From: Mycobacterium tuberculosis H37Rv
GTDB taxonomy: Bacteria > Actinomycetota > Actinomycetes > Mycobacteriales > Mycobacteriaceae
Direction: 5' to 3'
Length of the DNA: 32,000 nt
Assembly (NCBI RefSeq): GCF_000195955.2
Contig: NC_000962.3
Coordinates: 2,790,001-2,822,000, forward strand
Shown here: positions 18,083-32,000 of the stretch, piece after piece
How positions within the stretch are numbered: the stretch's first letter is position 1
Layout: each line of letters starts with the position of its first letter
The notes under the pieces: generated by a model
What the model saw: only the letters and a program-made list of their open reading frames with translations
Database searches by the model: none
Told to the model about the DNA's origin: nothing
Program-made: the position numbers and the translations under genes

Positions 18083-18304
18083 GTGCGAACGACACTTGAC
18101 CTTGACGACGATGTGATCGCCGCGGCACGTGAACTTGCCTCCAGCCAGCGCCGCTCGCTCGGCTCGGTGATTTCCGAACTCGCACGCCGTGGTCTCATGC
18201 CCGGACGCGTCGAGGCTGACGACGGGCTGCCGGTGATCCGCGTTCCAGCCGGGACCCCGCCGATCACACCGGAGATGGTCCGTCGCGCGCTCGATGAGGA
18301 CTGA
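18083..18304 (+). CDS. vapB38: VapB-type antitoxin, 73 aa, Rv2493-like
   Basis: MRTTLDLDDDVIAAARELASSQRRSLGSVISELARRGL, a ribbon-helix-helix-like N-terminus, directly upstream of a PIN-domain ORF. Confidence 0.88.
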   Translation: MRTTLDLDDDVIAAARELASSQRRSLGSVISELARRGLMPGRVEADDGLPVIRVPAGTPPITPEMVRRALDED

Positions 18305-18309
18305 CGCGG

Positions 18310-18735
18310 GTGGCGCTGCTCGACGTCAACGCATTGGTCGCGCTGGCGTGGGACTCACACATCCACCACGCCCGGATCCGCGAGTGGTTTACCGCCAACG
18401 CCACGCTCGGCTGGGCGACTTGCCCGCTCACCGAAGCCGGCTTCGTGCGGGTGTCGACGAACCCAAAAGTACTTCCCAGCGCGATCGGGATCGCAGACGC
18501 TCGACGGGTCCTCGTGGCACTACGCGCCGTGGGAGGCCACCGCTTCCTGGCTGACGACGTATCGCTCGTCGATGACGATGTTCCGTTGATCGTCGGTTAT
18601 CGCCAGGTGACCGACGCCCATCTGCTGACACTCGCCCGCCGGCGCGGCGTCCGCCTGGTCACCTTCGACGCCGGTGTCTTCACCCTCGCCCAACAACGCC
18701 CCAAGACGCCAGTGGAGCTGCTGACCATCCTCTAA
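18310..18735 (+). CDS. vapC38: VapC-type PIN-domain toxin, 141 aa, Rv2494-like
   Basis: LLDVNALVALAWDSHIHHARIREWF, TCPLTEAGFVR, QVTDAHLLTLARRRGVRLVTFDAG: the conserved acidic residues of the PIN fold. GTG start. Confidence 0.9.
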   Translation: MALLDVNALVALAWDSHIHHARIREWFTANATLGWATCPLTEAGFVRVSTNPKVLPSAIGIADARRVLVALRAVGGHRFLADDVSLVDDDVPLIVGYRQVTDAHLLTLARRRGVRLVTFDAGVFTLAQQRPKTPVELLTIL

Positions 18736-18757
18736 CCAAAGCTGCCAGCCCGCCCGG

Positions 18758-19939
18758 CTACAGATCCAACAGCGCGGTCTCCGGCGACTCGATCAGATCC
18801 CGCAGCTCACACATGAACTGGGCCACCTGAGCACCATCGACAACGCGGTGGTCGAACACACAAGTCAACGTCATCGTCGGCCGTGCGACAACCTCGCCGC
18901 CGACGACCACCGGGCGCGGCTTGATCGCCCCCAGACCCAGGATCGCCGCTTCGGGATGGTTGATCACCGGCACGCCGTCGTCGACTCCCAGCGCCCCGAA
19001 GTTCGACACCGTGAACGTCGAACCGCGCAGCTCCGCGGGTGTGAGAGTGCCTTCACGTGCGCCGGTGATTAATTCCGCTACGCGGGAGGCAAGTTCGCGG
19101 GTGTTCTTGTCCTGGGCGTCGGTCACCACCGGCACCAGCAATCCACGCTCAGTGGCCGCGCCGAACCCCAGATGCACACCGCGATGCACGTGTACTTGCG
19201 GGCCTTCGCCCGAGTCGACCCACGTCGAGTTGAGAATTACGTTGTGTTTCAATGCAATAACCAGCAGCCGCAGCGTCAGCGCGAACGGTGTAATCTCGGG
19301 CGCCGCCGAAACGAACCGGTCGCGCAGCCGCAGCAGTTCGGCGCAAATTACCTCAACGCTGGCCTTTGCGGTCGGAATCTCCTTGTGGGACAACGTCATT
19401 TTTTCGGCCATCCGCGCGTGCACGCCGTGGACCGGCCGCACGTCCGGCCCGGCTCCGACGCCGCCTCGAGCAGCGGCCAGCACATCGGCCCGGGTGATCA
19501 CACCGCCGGCGCCCGACCCACGCTGCAATGCGGCCAGGTCGACCGCCAACTCTTTGGCCAGCTTGCGCACTACCGGTGCCGCCAGCGGCCGGCTTGTCCG
19601 TCTACTGGTTTCGATCGCGGTGTCGGCACCGTAGCCGACCAACGTGGGGACCGCTCCTTCACCGTTAGGCTGCGCAACTGCCGTGGGCCCGGTGTCGATC
19701 CGAACTAGCTCCGCGCCCACTTTGAGCACATCGCCTTCGGCGCCGCCTAACTCGACGATCCGGCCGGCATACGGGCTGGGGATTTCGACCTCGGCCTTGG
19801 CGGTCTCCACCGAACACAGCGTCTGGTTGATCTCCACATCGTCGCCGACGGCGACGCTCCAACACGTCACCGTCACTTCCTGCAGTCCCTCGCCGAGGTC
19901 GGGCACCGGGAAAGACCTGATGCTGTCCTCACCGCTCAT
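18758..19939 (-). CDS. bkdC: Dihydrolipoamide acyltransferase E2 component of branched-chain 2-oxoacid dehydrogenase, 393 aa, Rv2495c-like
   Basis: Lipoyl domain ([21 protein letters not shown]), peripheral subunit-binding domain ([34 protein letters not shown]), and catalytic [16 protein letters not shown]. Confidence 0.93.
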
Positions 19940-20982
19940 GGCTGACGCAGCACACGTTCGACGCAGTCCAACAGCCGGTCGGGGCCGGGTAACCACAATT
20001 TTTCCAACCGCGCAGGCGGGTAGGGTGTGTCAAAACCGCAGGCACGCAACACCGGAGCCTCCAATTGGTAGAACATCTCTTCCTGGATGCGCGCGGCCAG
20101 ACCGGCACCATAGCCGAGGCTGCGCGGCCCTTCGTGCATCACCACGCAACGCCCGGTGCGCTGGATCGACGCAGCAATGGTGTCGAAGTCCAGCGGCGCC
20201 AACGACCGCAGATCGATAACCTCCAGACTCCAATCATGTTGCTGCTCTGCAGTATCCGCGCTAGACAGGGCGGTGCTCACCAGGTTTCCGTACGTTACCA
20301 CGGTCACATCGGTGCCGGACCGGCGCACCATCGCGTGCCCGATCGGCGGTTCCGGCCGGCTAGTGTCGACCATCCCGCGGCCGTGGTAGCGGCGTTTGGG
20401 CTCCAGATACATCACGGGGTCCGGGCAGGCGATAGCGTGCCGCAGCAGCCAGTAAGCGTCACCGGGTGTCGACGGCACCACCACCTTGAGGCCCGCGGTG
20501 TGCACCCAGTAGGACTCCGTGGAGTCCGAATGATGTTCGGCCGCACCGATACCGCCAAACGAGGGGATCCGGACGGTCACCGGCATGTCCACCTCACCGC
20601 GGGTGCGAGTCCGGTACTTGGCCAGATGGCTCACCACTTGGTCGAAAGCCGGATAGGAAAAGCCGTCGAACTGGATTTCTGGCACCGGCACAAAGCCACG
20701 TAGTGCCAACCCGACGGCTATTCCGATGATCGCGGACTCCGCCAGTGGCGTGTCGAAGCACCGGTCTGCACCGAACGTATCGGCCAGTCCCTCGGTCACC
20801 CGAAACACCCCACCCTCGACCGCGACATCCTCGCCAAACACCAATACCCGCTCGTCGGCGGCCATCGCGTCGTACAGGGCGCGGTTGATCGCCTGGACCA
20901 TGGTCAACGACTGCGTGATGTCGCTCACCGCTACCGCAAGCGTCTCATCCGGCCTGGCCGGACGGTCTGCGATTTGAGTCAT
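19936..20982 (-). CDS. bkdB: 2-oxoacid dehydrogenase E1 beta subunit, 348 aa, Rv2496c-like
   Basis: [66 protein letters not shown]... Overlaps the E2 start by 4 bp. Confidence 0.93.
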
Positions 20983-20992
20983 GCCCGCCTCC

Positions 20993-22096
20993 TCAGTCAG
21001 TCCGCGCCAGTTCGGCACGCAGCTGTTCGCGCTGCGCCTGCAACCCGGGTGTGATTTCGGCGTACACCGTGGTGAACACCTCATCGACGTCGAAGTCAGG
21101 CGCATCAAAGACCGCGTCGCGTAGCTCGGACCGCACGTGTTTTGCCCGAGCCGTCACCTGTTCCTCGAGGCGTTGCGACCACAGGCCCTGATCTTGTAAG
21201 TAAGTGCGATAGCGCGGAATCGGGTCCAGCGTCGCCCAGCGGTCCACCTCCTCCTGGCTGCGGTACCGGGTTGGATCATCGGCGGTGGTGTGCGGACCAA
21301 GACGGTAAGTGACCGCCTCGATCAGCGTTGGACCGTCGCCGGCCCGAGCCCGAGCGGCAGCTTCGGCCATCACCGCATAGCATGCCAGCACGTCGTTGCC
21401 GTCCACCCGGATGCCTGGCATCCCGTAGCCAATCGCCTTGTGCGCGATAGATGGTGCGGCGGTCTGCCTGGATACCGGCATCGAGATTGCCCACTGGTTG
21501 TTCTGCACGTAGAACACGCACGGTGTGGTGAACACCGCCGCGAAATTGAGCGCCTCATGTACGTCGCCCTCGCTGGTGGCGCCGTCGCCCAGAAAGGCCA
21601 CCGTCACGGAGTCCTCGTCCAGGCGTTGCGCGGCCATCGCCGCGCCCACCGCGTGCAAGGTCTGGGTGCCGATGGGAACCGACATCGGTGCACAGCACTT
21701 CGTGGTGAATTGCAGCCCGCCGTGCCAGGTTCCACGCCACGCGACCCCAACATGTCCAGGCGGGATGCCACGCACTAGGTAGACGCCCAATTCTCGGTAT
21801 TGGGGGAACAACCAGTCGGTTTTGCGTAGGCAAGCCGCCGCACCCACCTGCGCGGCTTCCTGCCCGCGACAGGGCGTGTACAACGCCAGCTCCCCCTGGC
21901 GCTGCAGATTGACGAATTCGGTATCCAGCTCGCGGGTGACCACCATCATCTCGTAGAGCCAACGCAGCGTTTCCTCAGGAAGGTCACGGTGGTAGCGGCG
22001 TTCGGCCGTCGGCGTACCGTCCGGGCCGACGAGTTGCACCGGCTCAAGATCGACAGACATCAACATCCCAGATGGCCTCCGAGAACCCTCCCCCAT
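20993..22096 (-). CDS. bkdA: 2-oxoacid dehydrogenase E1 alpha subunit, 367 aa, Rv2497c-like
   Basis: ThDP-binding region GDGATSEGDVHEALNFAAVFTTPCVFYVQNNQWAIS, and TYRLGPHTTADDPTRYR. Confidence 0.93.
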   Translation of the reverse strand: MGEGSRRPSGMLMSVDLEPVQLVGPDGTPTAERRYHRDLPEETLRWLYEMMVVTRELDTEFVNLQRQGELALYTPCRGQEAAQVGAAACLRKTDWLFPQYRELGVYLVRGIPPGHVGVAWRGTWHGGLQFTTKCCAPMSVPIGTQTLHAVGAAMAAQRLDEDSVTVAFLGDGATSEGDVHEALNFAAVFTTPCVFYVQNNQWAISMPVSRQTAAPSIAHKAIGYGMPGIRVDGNDVLACYAVMAEAAARARAGDGPTLIEAVTYRLGPHTTADDPTRYRSQEEVDRWATLDPIPRYRTYLQDQGLWSQRLEEQVTARAKHVRSELRDAVFDAPDFDVDEVFTTVYAEITPGLQAQREQLRAELARTD

Positions 22097-22354
22097 ACCG
22101 TCTCCTCAGCTCGCGATCACAACGCGGTTACGCGTCAGAAGATGCCGTGCGTTCCATCCTTAGCGTCGGCGCTGGTGGTGCGGCGCTCACAGCACATCCC
22201 GCCTGGGAAACCGCTGCGAGCCGAAGTTGATCGCCGGCCGCACCAAAGCTTCCGCTCGCCGCAACACTGGCGCTTCCTCCATTATGCCCCCAAATGTGAA
22301 GAGTCCGGACCGATCGCGAACGCATCGCAACCGTGTCGCGGGGGATCTGCGCCC

Positions 22355-23176
22355 TCATTCGGAGGTGGCTTCCCCGGCTCGCCGCAACATCGTTTCCGCG
22401 TGCGTGAGCACTGGAGAGTCGACCATCTGGCCTTCGAACGCGAACGCCCCACGCTCGCTTCGCGACGCGGCCAAAACCCGCCGAGCCCAGGCCAGCTTCT
22501 CGTGGCTGGGTCGATAGGCCTTGCGCACCACCGGGATCTGACTCGGGTGAATGCACACGGTCACGTCAAAGCCCACCGCCGCGGCGTCTCTGGCCTCTTC
22601 CTGCAAGCCCTCGACATCGAGGATATCCAGATGTACGGCATCGAGCGCGAGACGGCCGAACGCGGACGCGGCGAGCAGGATGGTCGAGCGGACATGTCGG
22701 GCCACGTCACGATAGGCACCGTCGGCCCGCCGGCTCGAGCTACCGCCAAGGGTGGCGATCAAGTCTTCGGCACCCCACATCATTCCCACGGTGGGATCGG
22801 CCGCGGCGATTTCGGCGGCGCACACGGCACCGCGCGCGGTCTCCACCAGCGCGATGACATCACGCGGCGCAAGCTCGATGACTTGGGCCGCCGATTCGGC
22901 CTTGGGCAGCATCACCGTGGTATAGGCGGTGCCTGCGAGGGCCTCCAGATCGCGGGCCTGATCAGCAGTACCGCCCGCATTGATACGCACCACCGTGCGT
23001 TCCGGGTCCAGCGGGGTGTCCCGCAACGCATTGCGCGCGGCAGGCTTCTGCGCCTCGGCCACGCCGTCCTCGAGGTCGAGAATCACCACGTCGGCCGCGG
23101 CGGCAGCCTTCGCAAAGCGTTCCGGACGATCGGCAGGGCAGAACAGCCACCCCGGACCGGCGGCACGCAGGTTCAT
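22355..23176 (-). CDS. citE: CitE-like HpcH/HpaI acyl-CoA lyase, 273 aa, Rv2498c-like
   Basis: [33 protein letters not shown], and [12 protein letters not shown]. Confidence 0.92.
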   Translation of the reverse strand: MNLRAAGPGWLFCPADRPERFAKAAAAADVVILDLEDGVAEAQKPAARNALRDTPLDPERTVVRINAGGTADQARDLEALAGTAYTTVMLPKAESAAQVIELAPRDVIALVETARGAVCAAEIAAADPTVGMMWGAEDLIATLGGSSSRRADGAYRDVARHVRSTILLAASAFGRLALDAVHLDILDVEGLQEEARDAAAVGFDVTVCIHPSQIPVVRKAYRPSHEKLAWARRVLAASRSERGAFAFEGQMVDSPVLTHAETMLRRAGEATSE

Positions 23177-23730
23177 TGCGCCTCCTTAATGGACTGCTTT
23201 TGGACCAGCGTCGTGCGCACCGCGCGGGCCACCACCTCACCGTGCTGGTTGCGGGCGATGTGCTCGAGTGTGACGATGCCCTCGCCGGGCCGGCTTTTCG
23301 ACTCACGTTTACCGGTACAGACGGTCTCTGCATAAAGCGTGTCGCCGTGGAAGACCGGTTTGGGAAACGACACCTCGGAGAAGCCGAGGTTGGCCACGAT
23401 GGTGCCCAACGTCAACTGCGCAACCGACAGACCGACCATCGTCGAGAGAGTGAACATCGAGTTCACCAGCCGCTCGCCCCGAAAACCCGGCTGCTGCCCA
23501 GCCCACGCCGCGTCGAGGTGCAGTGACTGGGTGTTCATCGTCAGCGTGGTGAACAACACGTTGTCGGCCTCGGTGACCGTGCGGCCGGGCCGGTGCAGGT
23601 ATGTGGTGCCGATCTGGAACTCTTCAAACCACAAGCCTCGTTGAAGAATCCTTCTGCCGACTGTGGATCCTGCGACGCGACACGCCGATACGGCGTCGTC
23701 AGATTCACGGTCGCCGGCGTGCTTTGTCAC
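23173..23730 (-). CDS. MaoC-like (hotdog-fold) dehydratase, 185 aa, Rv2499c-like
   Basis: [36 protein letters not shown], and [19 protein letters not shown]. 4-bp overlap with citE. Confidence 0.9.
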   Translation of the reverse strand: MTKHAGDRESDDAVSACRVAGSTVGRRILQRGLWFEEFQIGTTYLHRPGRTVTEADNVLFTTLTMNTQSLHLDAAWAGQQPGFRGERLVNSMFTLSTMVGLSVAQLTLGTIVANLGFSEVSFPKPVFHGDTLYAETVCTGKRESKSRPGEGIVTLEHIARNQHGEVVARAVRTTLVQKQSIKEAQ

Positions 23731-24911
23731 TGCAGTCCCAACGATCGCGCGATAAGCATCAGCTGCACTTCCGTGGTGCCCTCACCAATCTCGAGCACCT
23801 TGCTGTCGCGGTAATGACGCGCCACCGGATATTCGTTCATAAAGCCGTATCCGCCGTGTATCTGGGTGGCATCGCGGGAGTTGTCCATCGCCGCCTCCGA
23901 GGAGATCATCTTCGCGATCGCCGCCTCCTTCTTGAAGGGCTTGCCCGCCAACATCTTTGCGGCGGCATCATAGTACGCTGTGCGGGCAACATGGGCGCGT
24001 GCCTCCATCCGCGCGATCTTGAAGCCGATCGCCTGATAAGCGCCGATCGGCTGGCCAAACGACTGACGCTGGTTGGCGTACTTGACGCTCTCGTCAACAC
24101 AGCCCTGCGCCGCGCCGGTGGCCAGCGCTGCAATCGCAATCCGGCCCTCGTCCAGGATGGACAAGAAGTTGGCATAGCCGCTCCCCCGGGCTCCCAGCAG
24201 GTTCTCCCTCGGGACCCGCGCATCGGCAAATGTCAGTGGGTGGGTGTCCGAGGCGTTCCAGCCGACCTTGTTATAGACCGGTTCCACGGTGAATCCCGGT
24301 GTGCCGCTGGGCACGATGATCGTCGAAATCTCTTTCTTGGCATCCGCAGCGGTTCCGGTGGTCCCGGTAACCGCAGTGACGGTGACCAGCGATGTGATGT
24401 CGGTGCCCGAGTTGGTGATAAATTGCTTGGAGCCGTTGATGATCCACTCGTCACCTTCGAGACGCGCCGTGGTGCGGGTGCTGCCCGCGTCCGATCCCGC
24501 TCCCGGCTCGGTGAGACCAAAACCGGCGAGCGCACGGCCAGACGTCAAGTCGGGCAACCACTTCTGTTTCTGCTCCTCGGTACCGAACCGGTAGATCGGC
24601 ATCGCACCCAGGCCCACCGCGGCCTCCAGCGTGATCGCTACCGATTGGTCAACCTTGCCCAGCTCCTCAAGTACCAGCGACAGCGCGAAGTAGTCGCCGC
24701 CCATGCCGCCGTACTCCTCCGGAAACGGCAGCCCGAACAGGCCCATCTCTCCCATCTTGGCGACAATTTCGTATGGGAAGCTGTGTTCCGCATCGTGTTT
24801 GGCCGATACCGGCGCGACCACGGTGCGCGCAAAATCGGCCACCGTATCCCGAAGATCTTGGTATTCCTTGGGTAATATCCCCCCAGAAATCGTTGTAGTC
24901 GTTGTGGTCAT
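23727..24911 (-). CDS. fadE19: Acyl-CoA dehydrogenase, 394 aa, Rv2500c-like
   Basis: [14 protein letters not shown], and [36 protein letters not shown]. Confidence 0.93.
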   Translation of the reverse strand: MTTTTTTISGGILPKEYQDLRDTVADFARTVVAPVSAKHDAEHSFPYEIVAKMGEMGLFGLPFPEEYGGMGGDYFALSLVLEELGKVDQSVAITLEAAVGLGAMPIYRFGTEEQKQKWLPDLTSGRALAGFGLTEPGAGSDAGSTRTTARLEGDEWIINGSKQFITNSGTDITSLVTVTAVTGTTGTAADAKKEISTIIVPSGTPGFTVEPVYNKVGWNASDTHPLTFADARVPRENLLGARGSGYANFLSILDEGRIAIAALATGAAQGCVDESVKYANQRQSFGQPIGAYQAIGFKIARMEARAHVARTAYYDAAAKMLAGKPFKKEAAIAKMISSEAAMDNSRDATQIHGGYGFMNEYPVARHYRDSKVLEIGEGTTEVQLMLIARSLGLQ

Positions 24912-24915
24912 GATC

Positions 24916-26880
24916 CTAGTCCTTGATCCTCGCCAGTACCTGTTCGACTTTCACCTGATCGCCAACGGACACCAACACCTGTACCCGTCCCGAAACCGGC
25001 GCCTCCAGCGAGTGCTCCATCTTCATCGCTTCCACCACCACCACCACATCACCCGCAGAGATCTGGGAGCCGGACTCGACCTGCACGGCGATCACGCTGC
25101 CAGGCATAGGGCTGACGACCTCCGCCGGCCGCGCACCCACGGCGCGGTGAATCTTGTGCTCCTCGGCCTCGCGCAGGTGCCAAGTCCCGCGCTCGTCGGC
25201 GATCCACAGGTGCCGGTCAGCCTCTGCCCACCGATAATCCCGGCGCAGCCCGCTTATCGTCACGCTCATCTGTTCTCGGGTGACCTGCACGCTCGCACAA
25301 TCGATCTCACCATCGCCAACCTGAACCTGCGCCGACTCGGGTGGCCCCCACACCGAAACGGTCTCGCTGCGCAGCGGGGTGCGCATGGCGGTGCGGACCG
25401 GTGCCATATGGCCCCCGCCGCGCCATCCGGACGGCGCGGCCCACAGGTCGCCCTGTGCGCGCCGGGCCAGGGCCCACTGGCGGTAGAGGCCGCCGGCAGC
25501 TAGCACGTCGTCAGGCGCCGGCCGCGCAGTGAAATCGGCCGATCGCTCGTCCAGTACAGCGGTGTCCAAATCCCCGACCCGCACCCGCTCGTCGGCGAGC
25601 AGAAAGCGAAGGAACTCGACATTGGTCTGCACTCCCAGCACCGCAGTCCGCGCCAGCGCCTGGTCCAGCCGATCCAGCGCTTCCTCGCGATCGGCCCCGT
25701 GCGCAATCACCTTGGTGAGCAACGGGTCGTAATCACTGCCGACCACCGTGCCGCCTAGCAGTGACGAATCCACCCGCACCCCGGGGCCGGCGGGTTCGAA
25801 CACCGCCAGCACCCGGCCGCCGGTGGGCAGGAATTCCCGCGCGGGATCCTCCGCATACACCCGAGCCTCGATCGCGTGCCCACGCAGCTCGATGTCGTTT
25901 TGGGCGAAGCCCAACTTTTCGCCCGCACCCACCCGCAACTGCCACTCGACCAGGTCCAATCCAGTAATCGCCTCGGTGACCGGGTGTTCCACCTGCAGCC
26001 GGGTATTCATCTCCATGAAAAAGAACTCGTCGGGGCGCTGCGCGGAGACGATGAACTCCACCGTGCCGGCGCCGACGTAGTCCACGCAGCGGGCGGTGTT
26101 GCAGGCCGCGACCCCGATGCGCTCGCGGGTCTGCGGGTCAAGCAGTGGCGACGGCGCCTCCTCGATAACCTTCTGGTGGCGCCGCTGGAGGCTGCACTCA
26201 CGCTCACCCAGATGCACCACGTTGCCGTGAGCGTCGGCAAGCACCTGCACTTCGATGTGCCTGGGCCGCAACACAAACCGCTCCAGGAATAGCGTATCGT
26301 CCCCGAACGAAGACATGGCTTCGCGCCGGGCACTCACCAGCGCCTCAGGCAGCCGCGCCGGATCTTGCACTAACCGCATCCCTTTGCCGCCGCCGCCGGC
26401 CGACGGTTTGATCAGCACCGGATAGCCCACCTCAGCGGCAGCGGTGACCAGCGCGTCGTCCGTCAGCCCGGCGCGCGCCACACCGGGCACCACCGGAACA
26501 TCGAAAGCGGCGACCGCGTTCTTGGCGGCGATCTTGTCGCCCATCACCTCGATCGCGCGCGCCGGCGGACCCAGGAACACCACCCGGGCGCGTTCACACG
26601 CCGCAGCGAAATCGGCATTCTCGGCAAGAAACCCGTAGCCCGGATGGATCGCCTGGGCTCCGGTGCGCGCCGCAGCATCGAGCACCTTGCCGATATCGAG
26701 GTAGCTTTCGCGTGCTGGGGCGGGCCCCAGCCGCACCGCAGCGTCCGCCTCCAAGACGTGGCGGGCATCGACGTCGGGGTCGCTGTAGACCGCGACCGAC
26801 CGGATGCCTAGCCGGCGCAGCGTCCGAATCACCCGAACCGCGATCTCACCGCGGTTGGCCACTAGTACGGTGTCAAACAT
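24916..26880 (-). CDS. accA1: Biotin-dependent acyl-CoA carboxylase alpha subunit (biotin carboxylase + BCCP), 654 aa, Rv2501c-like
   Basis: [45 protein letters not shown], and biotinylation motif [13 protein letters not shown]. Confidence 0.95.
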   Translation of the reverse strand: MFDTVLVANRGEIAVRVIRTLRRLGIRSVAVYSDPDVDARHVLEADAAVRLGPAPARESYLDIGKVLDAAARTGAQAIHPGYGFLAENADFAAACERARVVFLGPPARAIEVMGDKIAAKNAVAAFDVPVVPGVARAGLTDDALVTAAAEVGYPVLIKPSAGGGGKGMRLVQDPARLPEALVSARREAMSSFGDDTLFLERFVLRPRHIEVQVLADAHGNVVHLGERECSLQRRHQKVIEEAPSPLLDPQTRERIGVAACNTARCVDYVGAGTVEFIVSAQRPDEFFFMEMNTRLQVEHPVTEAITGLDLVEWQLRVGAGEKLGFAQNDIELRGHAIEARVYAEDPAREFLPTGGRVLAVFEPAGPGVRVDSSLLGGTVVGSDYDPLLTKVIAHGADREEALDRLDQALARTAVLGVQTNVEFLRFLLADERVRVGDLDTAVLDERSADFTARPAPDDVLAAGGLYRQWALARRAQGDLWAAPSGWRGGGHMAPVRTAMRTPLRSETVSVWGPPESAQVQVGDGEIDCASVQVTREQMSVTISGLRRDYRWAEADRHLWIADERGTWHLREAEEHKIHRAVGARPAEVVSPMPGSVIAVQVESGSQISAGDVVVVVEAMKMEHSLEAPVSGRVQVLVSVGDQVKVEQVLARIKD

Positions 26881-26884
26881 CGCC

Positions 26885-29870
<2,986 letters not shown>

Positions 29871-29889
29871 ACCGCAGAGCCTCCTAGCA

Positions 29890-29911
29890 TTTCAGTTAAT
29901 TATCATTAACT
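29890..29911. promoter_or_regulatory. 22-bp perfect inverted repeat upstream of scoA, putative TetR-family operator
   Basis: TCAGTTAAT-TATC-ATTAACTGA (9-bp arms), located 20-41 bp upstream of the scoA start. Read on the minus strand it contains a possible -10 (GATAAT). Confidence 0.75.
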
Positions 29912-29952
29912 GAGGTGAGAATACCATTGCCCCCGCGGTGCGTCTAGGGACC

Positions 29953-31596
29953 TCACTGTTGGCCGCGGAGGTATTCGAGCGCCTGTTGTCGCATCTCCAC
30001 TTTGCGTACTTTGCCGGTGACGGTCATCGGGAACTCGTCGACGATCCACAGGTACCGCGGGATCTTGAATCGCGCGATGCGGCCCATGCAGTACTCGCGC
30101 AGCCGCTCGATGGTCAGTTCCGGCGCGTCGTTTCTCAGCTTGACCACCGCCATGAGCTCTTCGCCGTATTTGGCGTCGGGCACCCCGATGACGTGACCGT
30201 CGACAATATCGGGATGCGTGTGGAGGAGTTCCTCGATCTCCCGCGGCGAGATGTTCTCGCCGCCCCGGACGACGAGGTCTTTGATCCGGCCGGCGATCCG
30301 CACGTACCCGGACGGGTCCATCTCAGCCAGATCTCCGGTGTGCATCCAGCCGTCGGCGTCGATCACCTCCGCAGTCTTCTGCGGGTCATTCCAGTACCCG
30401 GCCATCACCGAATAGCCTCGCGTGCAGAACTCGCCGACCACCCCGCGCGGGACCGTCTCGCCCGTGGCCGGATCCACCACCTTGATCTCAAGGTGTGGAC
30501 CCACCCGACCGACCGTGCCGACCCGTCGATCCACCGAGTCGTCGGCGCGCGTCTGCGTGGAAACCGGTGACGTTTCGGTCATTCCATAGCAGATCGAGAC
30601 CCCGGGCATATGCATGCGTGAGATCACCTTGCGCATCACCTCGACCGGGCACGCGGCGCCGGCCATAATCCCGGTGCGCAGACTGCCCAGTTCGTAGTCG
30701 GTGAAGTCCGGCAGGCCCAGCTCGGCGATGAACATCGTCGGCACGCCGTACAAGCTGGTGCATCGCTCGTCCTGCACCGCGCGCAGCGTGGCCGCAGGGT
30801 CAAAGCCCGGCGCCGGGATCACCATGGCCGCCCCGTGACTGGTGGCCGCCAGATTTCCCATTACCATGCCGAAGCAGTGGTAGAAGGGCACCGGGATGCA
30901 AATCCGATCTTGTGCGGTGTACCCGAGCAGCTCGCCCACCAGGTAGCCGTTGTTGAGGATATTGCGGTGGCTTAGCGTGACACCCTTCGGGTATGCCGTT
31001 GTGCCGGAGGTGTATTGGATGTTTACCGGATCACTGCCGTCTAGCCTCGCCGCGGTCTGCTGCAGCGCAGGCAGATCGGGCTCGGCACCCGCCAGCGCGT
31101 CCCAGCGATCGCTTTCCAGCAAAATCACGTCGGCCAGATCGGGGCATCGCGGCCCAACCTCGGCCAGCATCGCGGCATAGTCCGCATCCTTGAAACTCGC
31201 TACGGCAATCACCATCGCGACACCGGACTGCCTAAGCGCATACTCCACTTCGCGGACCCGATAGGCGGGGTTTATGGTCACTAGGATCGCGCCGATCTCA
31301 GCGGTCGCGTACTGGACGAGCACCCACTCCCACCGGTTCGGCGCCCAGATGCCGACCCGATCGCCCGGGCCGATCCCCGCCCGCACCAGCCCCGTCGCCA
31401 GCCGGTGCACGTCAGTCAGCAGTTCGCTGTAATTGAACCGTCGCCGGGCCACCATGTCCACGAGTGCTTCCCGATGTCCGTACCTGGCAGCGGTCGCTGC
31501 GAGGTTGGCGCCGATGGTCGACTCGAGCAATGATGGCGCACTCGGACCGCGATCATAGGAAAGCCGATTGGGGTCTACGACTTCCGCGGCTGCCAC
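29953..31596 (-). CDS. fadD35: Fatty acyl-CoA synthetase/ligase (AMP-binding), 547 aa, Rv2505c-like
   Basis: [66 protein letters not shown]. Confidence 0.94.
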   Translation of the reverse strand: MAAAEVVDPNRLSYDRGPSAPSLLESTIGANLAATAARYGHREALVDMVARRRFNYSELLTDVHRLATGLVRAGIGPGDRVGIWAPNRWEWVLVQYATAEIGAILVTINPAYRVREVEYALRQSGVAMVIAVASFKDADYAAMLAEVGPRCPDLADVILLESDRWDALAGAEPDLPALQQTAARLDGSDPVNIQYTSGTTAYPKGVTLSHRNILNNGYLVGELLGYTAQDRICIPVPFYHCFGMVMGNLAATSHGAAMVIPAPGFDPAATLRAVQDERCTSLYGVPTMFIAELGLPDFTDYELGSLRTGIMAGAACPVEVMRKVISRMHMPGVSICYGMTETSPVSTQTRADDSVDRRVGTVGRVGPHLEIKVVDPATGETVPRGVVGEFCTRGYSVMAGYWNDPQKTAEVIDADGWMHTGDLAEMDPSGYVRIAGRIKDLVVRGGENISPREIEELLHTHPDIVDGHVIGVPDAKYGEELMAVVKLRNDAPELTIERLREYCMGRIARFKIPRYLWIVDEFPMTVTGKVRKVEMRQQALEYLRGQQ

Positions 31597-31659
31597 GGTT
31601 CCTCCGCCTGGTGCCTACCGCATGTCTGACTCGCGTTAACATCGAATAGCTCGTGCTAC

Positions 31660-31675
31660 GTTAGTGACGATTAAC
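31660..31675. promoter_or_regulatory. Second copy of the inverted repeat, putative operator in the fadD35/TetR divergent region
   Basis: GTTAGT-GACG-ATTAAC, the same arms (one mismatch) and the same 4-bp spacer as the GTTAAT-TATC-ATTAAC core before scoA. Confidence 0.65.
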
Positions 31676-31711
31676 CGAAGTGTCCAGCATGAGTCGTGTA
31701 CGGAGACCGTC

Positions 31712-32000
31712 GTGACAGCGTCCGCCCCGGACGGTCGGCCCGGCCAGCCCGAGGCCACAAATCGTCGCAGTCAGCTGAAGTCCGACCGACGATTCCAACT
31801 CTTGGCAGCCGCCGAACGATTGTTTGCCGAACGAGGATTCCTGGCGGTGCGACTGGAGGACATCGGCGCCGCCGCGGGCGTCAGCGGTCCGGCCATCTAC
31901 CGACACTTCCCCAACAAAGAGTCGCTGCTGGTGGAATTGCTGGTCGGCGTCAGTGCGCGACTTCTTGCCGGCGCACGCGATGTGACGACCCGCAGCGCTA
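31712..32000 (+). CDS. TetR/AcrR family regulator, 5' part only (cut by window edge), Rv2506-like
   Basis: GTG start gives MTASAPDGRPGQPEATNRRSQLKSDRRFQLLAAAERLFAERGFLAVRLEDIGAAAGVSGPAIYRHFPNKESLLVELLVG, a typical TetR HTH. Confidence 0.9.
   Translation, partial: MTASAPDGRPGQPEATNRRSQLKSDRRFQLLAAAERLFAERGFLAVRLEDIGAAAGVSGPAIYRHFPNKESLLVELLVGVSARLLAGARDVTTRSA

Noticed and set aside
18294-18554. 86-aa + strand ORF overlapping vapB38/vapC38
   Set aside because: Wrong frame across a clear PIN-domain gene; composition is typical of an out-of-frame read.
22128-22556. 142-aa minus-strand ORF spanning the citE-bkdA gap
   Set aside because: Starts inside citE in another frame and continues into the noncoding gap with no domain or ribosome-binding site.
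21989-24875. + strand ORFs of 424-448 aa antisense to citE, the MaoC-like gene and fadE19
   Set aside because: Their sequences have no recognisable motifs and lie exactly opposite genes with strong domain evidence. High GC removes stop codons in the antisense frame.

Overview
The window is a GC-rich actinobacterial chromosome segment. I recognise it as Mycobacterium tuberculosis complex, equivalent to the H37Rv neighbourhood Rv2483c to Rv2506. This identification is from memory of gene order and protein lengths; no search was run. Contents from left to right: plsC 3' part, a WS/DGAT-type acyltransferase, a lipQ-type esterase, tRNA-Arg(TCT), echA14, PE_PGRS42, a very large cyclase/STAND/LuxR regulator, PE_PGRS43, a small two-gene cassette (Rv2491-Rv2492) of lower GC, the vapBC38 toxin-antitoxin pair, a long minus-strand acyl-CoA/branched-chain catabolic cluster (bkdC-bkdB-bkdA, citE, MaoC-like, fadE19, accA1, accD1, scoB, scoA), fadD35, and the 5' part of a divergent TetR gene. 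Most interesting observations: (1) Rv2491-Rv2492 is a translationally overlapping pair. The first gene encodes a SLOG/LOG-like Rossmann protein. The second, usually called hypothetical, carries the signature residues of the thymidylate synthase/pyrimidine-nucleotide hydroxymethylase fold, with Lys-Lys in place of the phosphate-binding Arg-Arg. This resembles the MilA/MilB and BcmA/BcmB logic of modified-nucleotide synthesis plus N-glycosidic hydrolysis. (2) PE_PGRS42 plus the LuxR/cyclase gene and PE_PGRS43 plus a 68-aa ORF look like a segmental duplication. The small ORF is an internally deleted copy of the regulator that keeps both ends. (3) A 16-bp inverted repeat, GTTARTnnnnATTAAC, occurs both before scoA and in the fadD35/TetR divergent region. 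(4) vapBC38 appears to be leaderless, with a palindrome over its -10.
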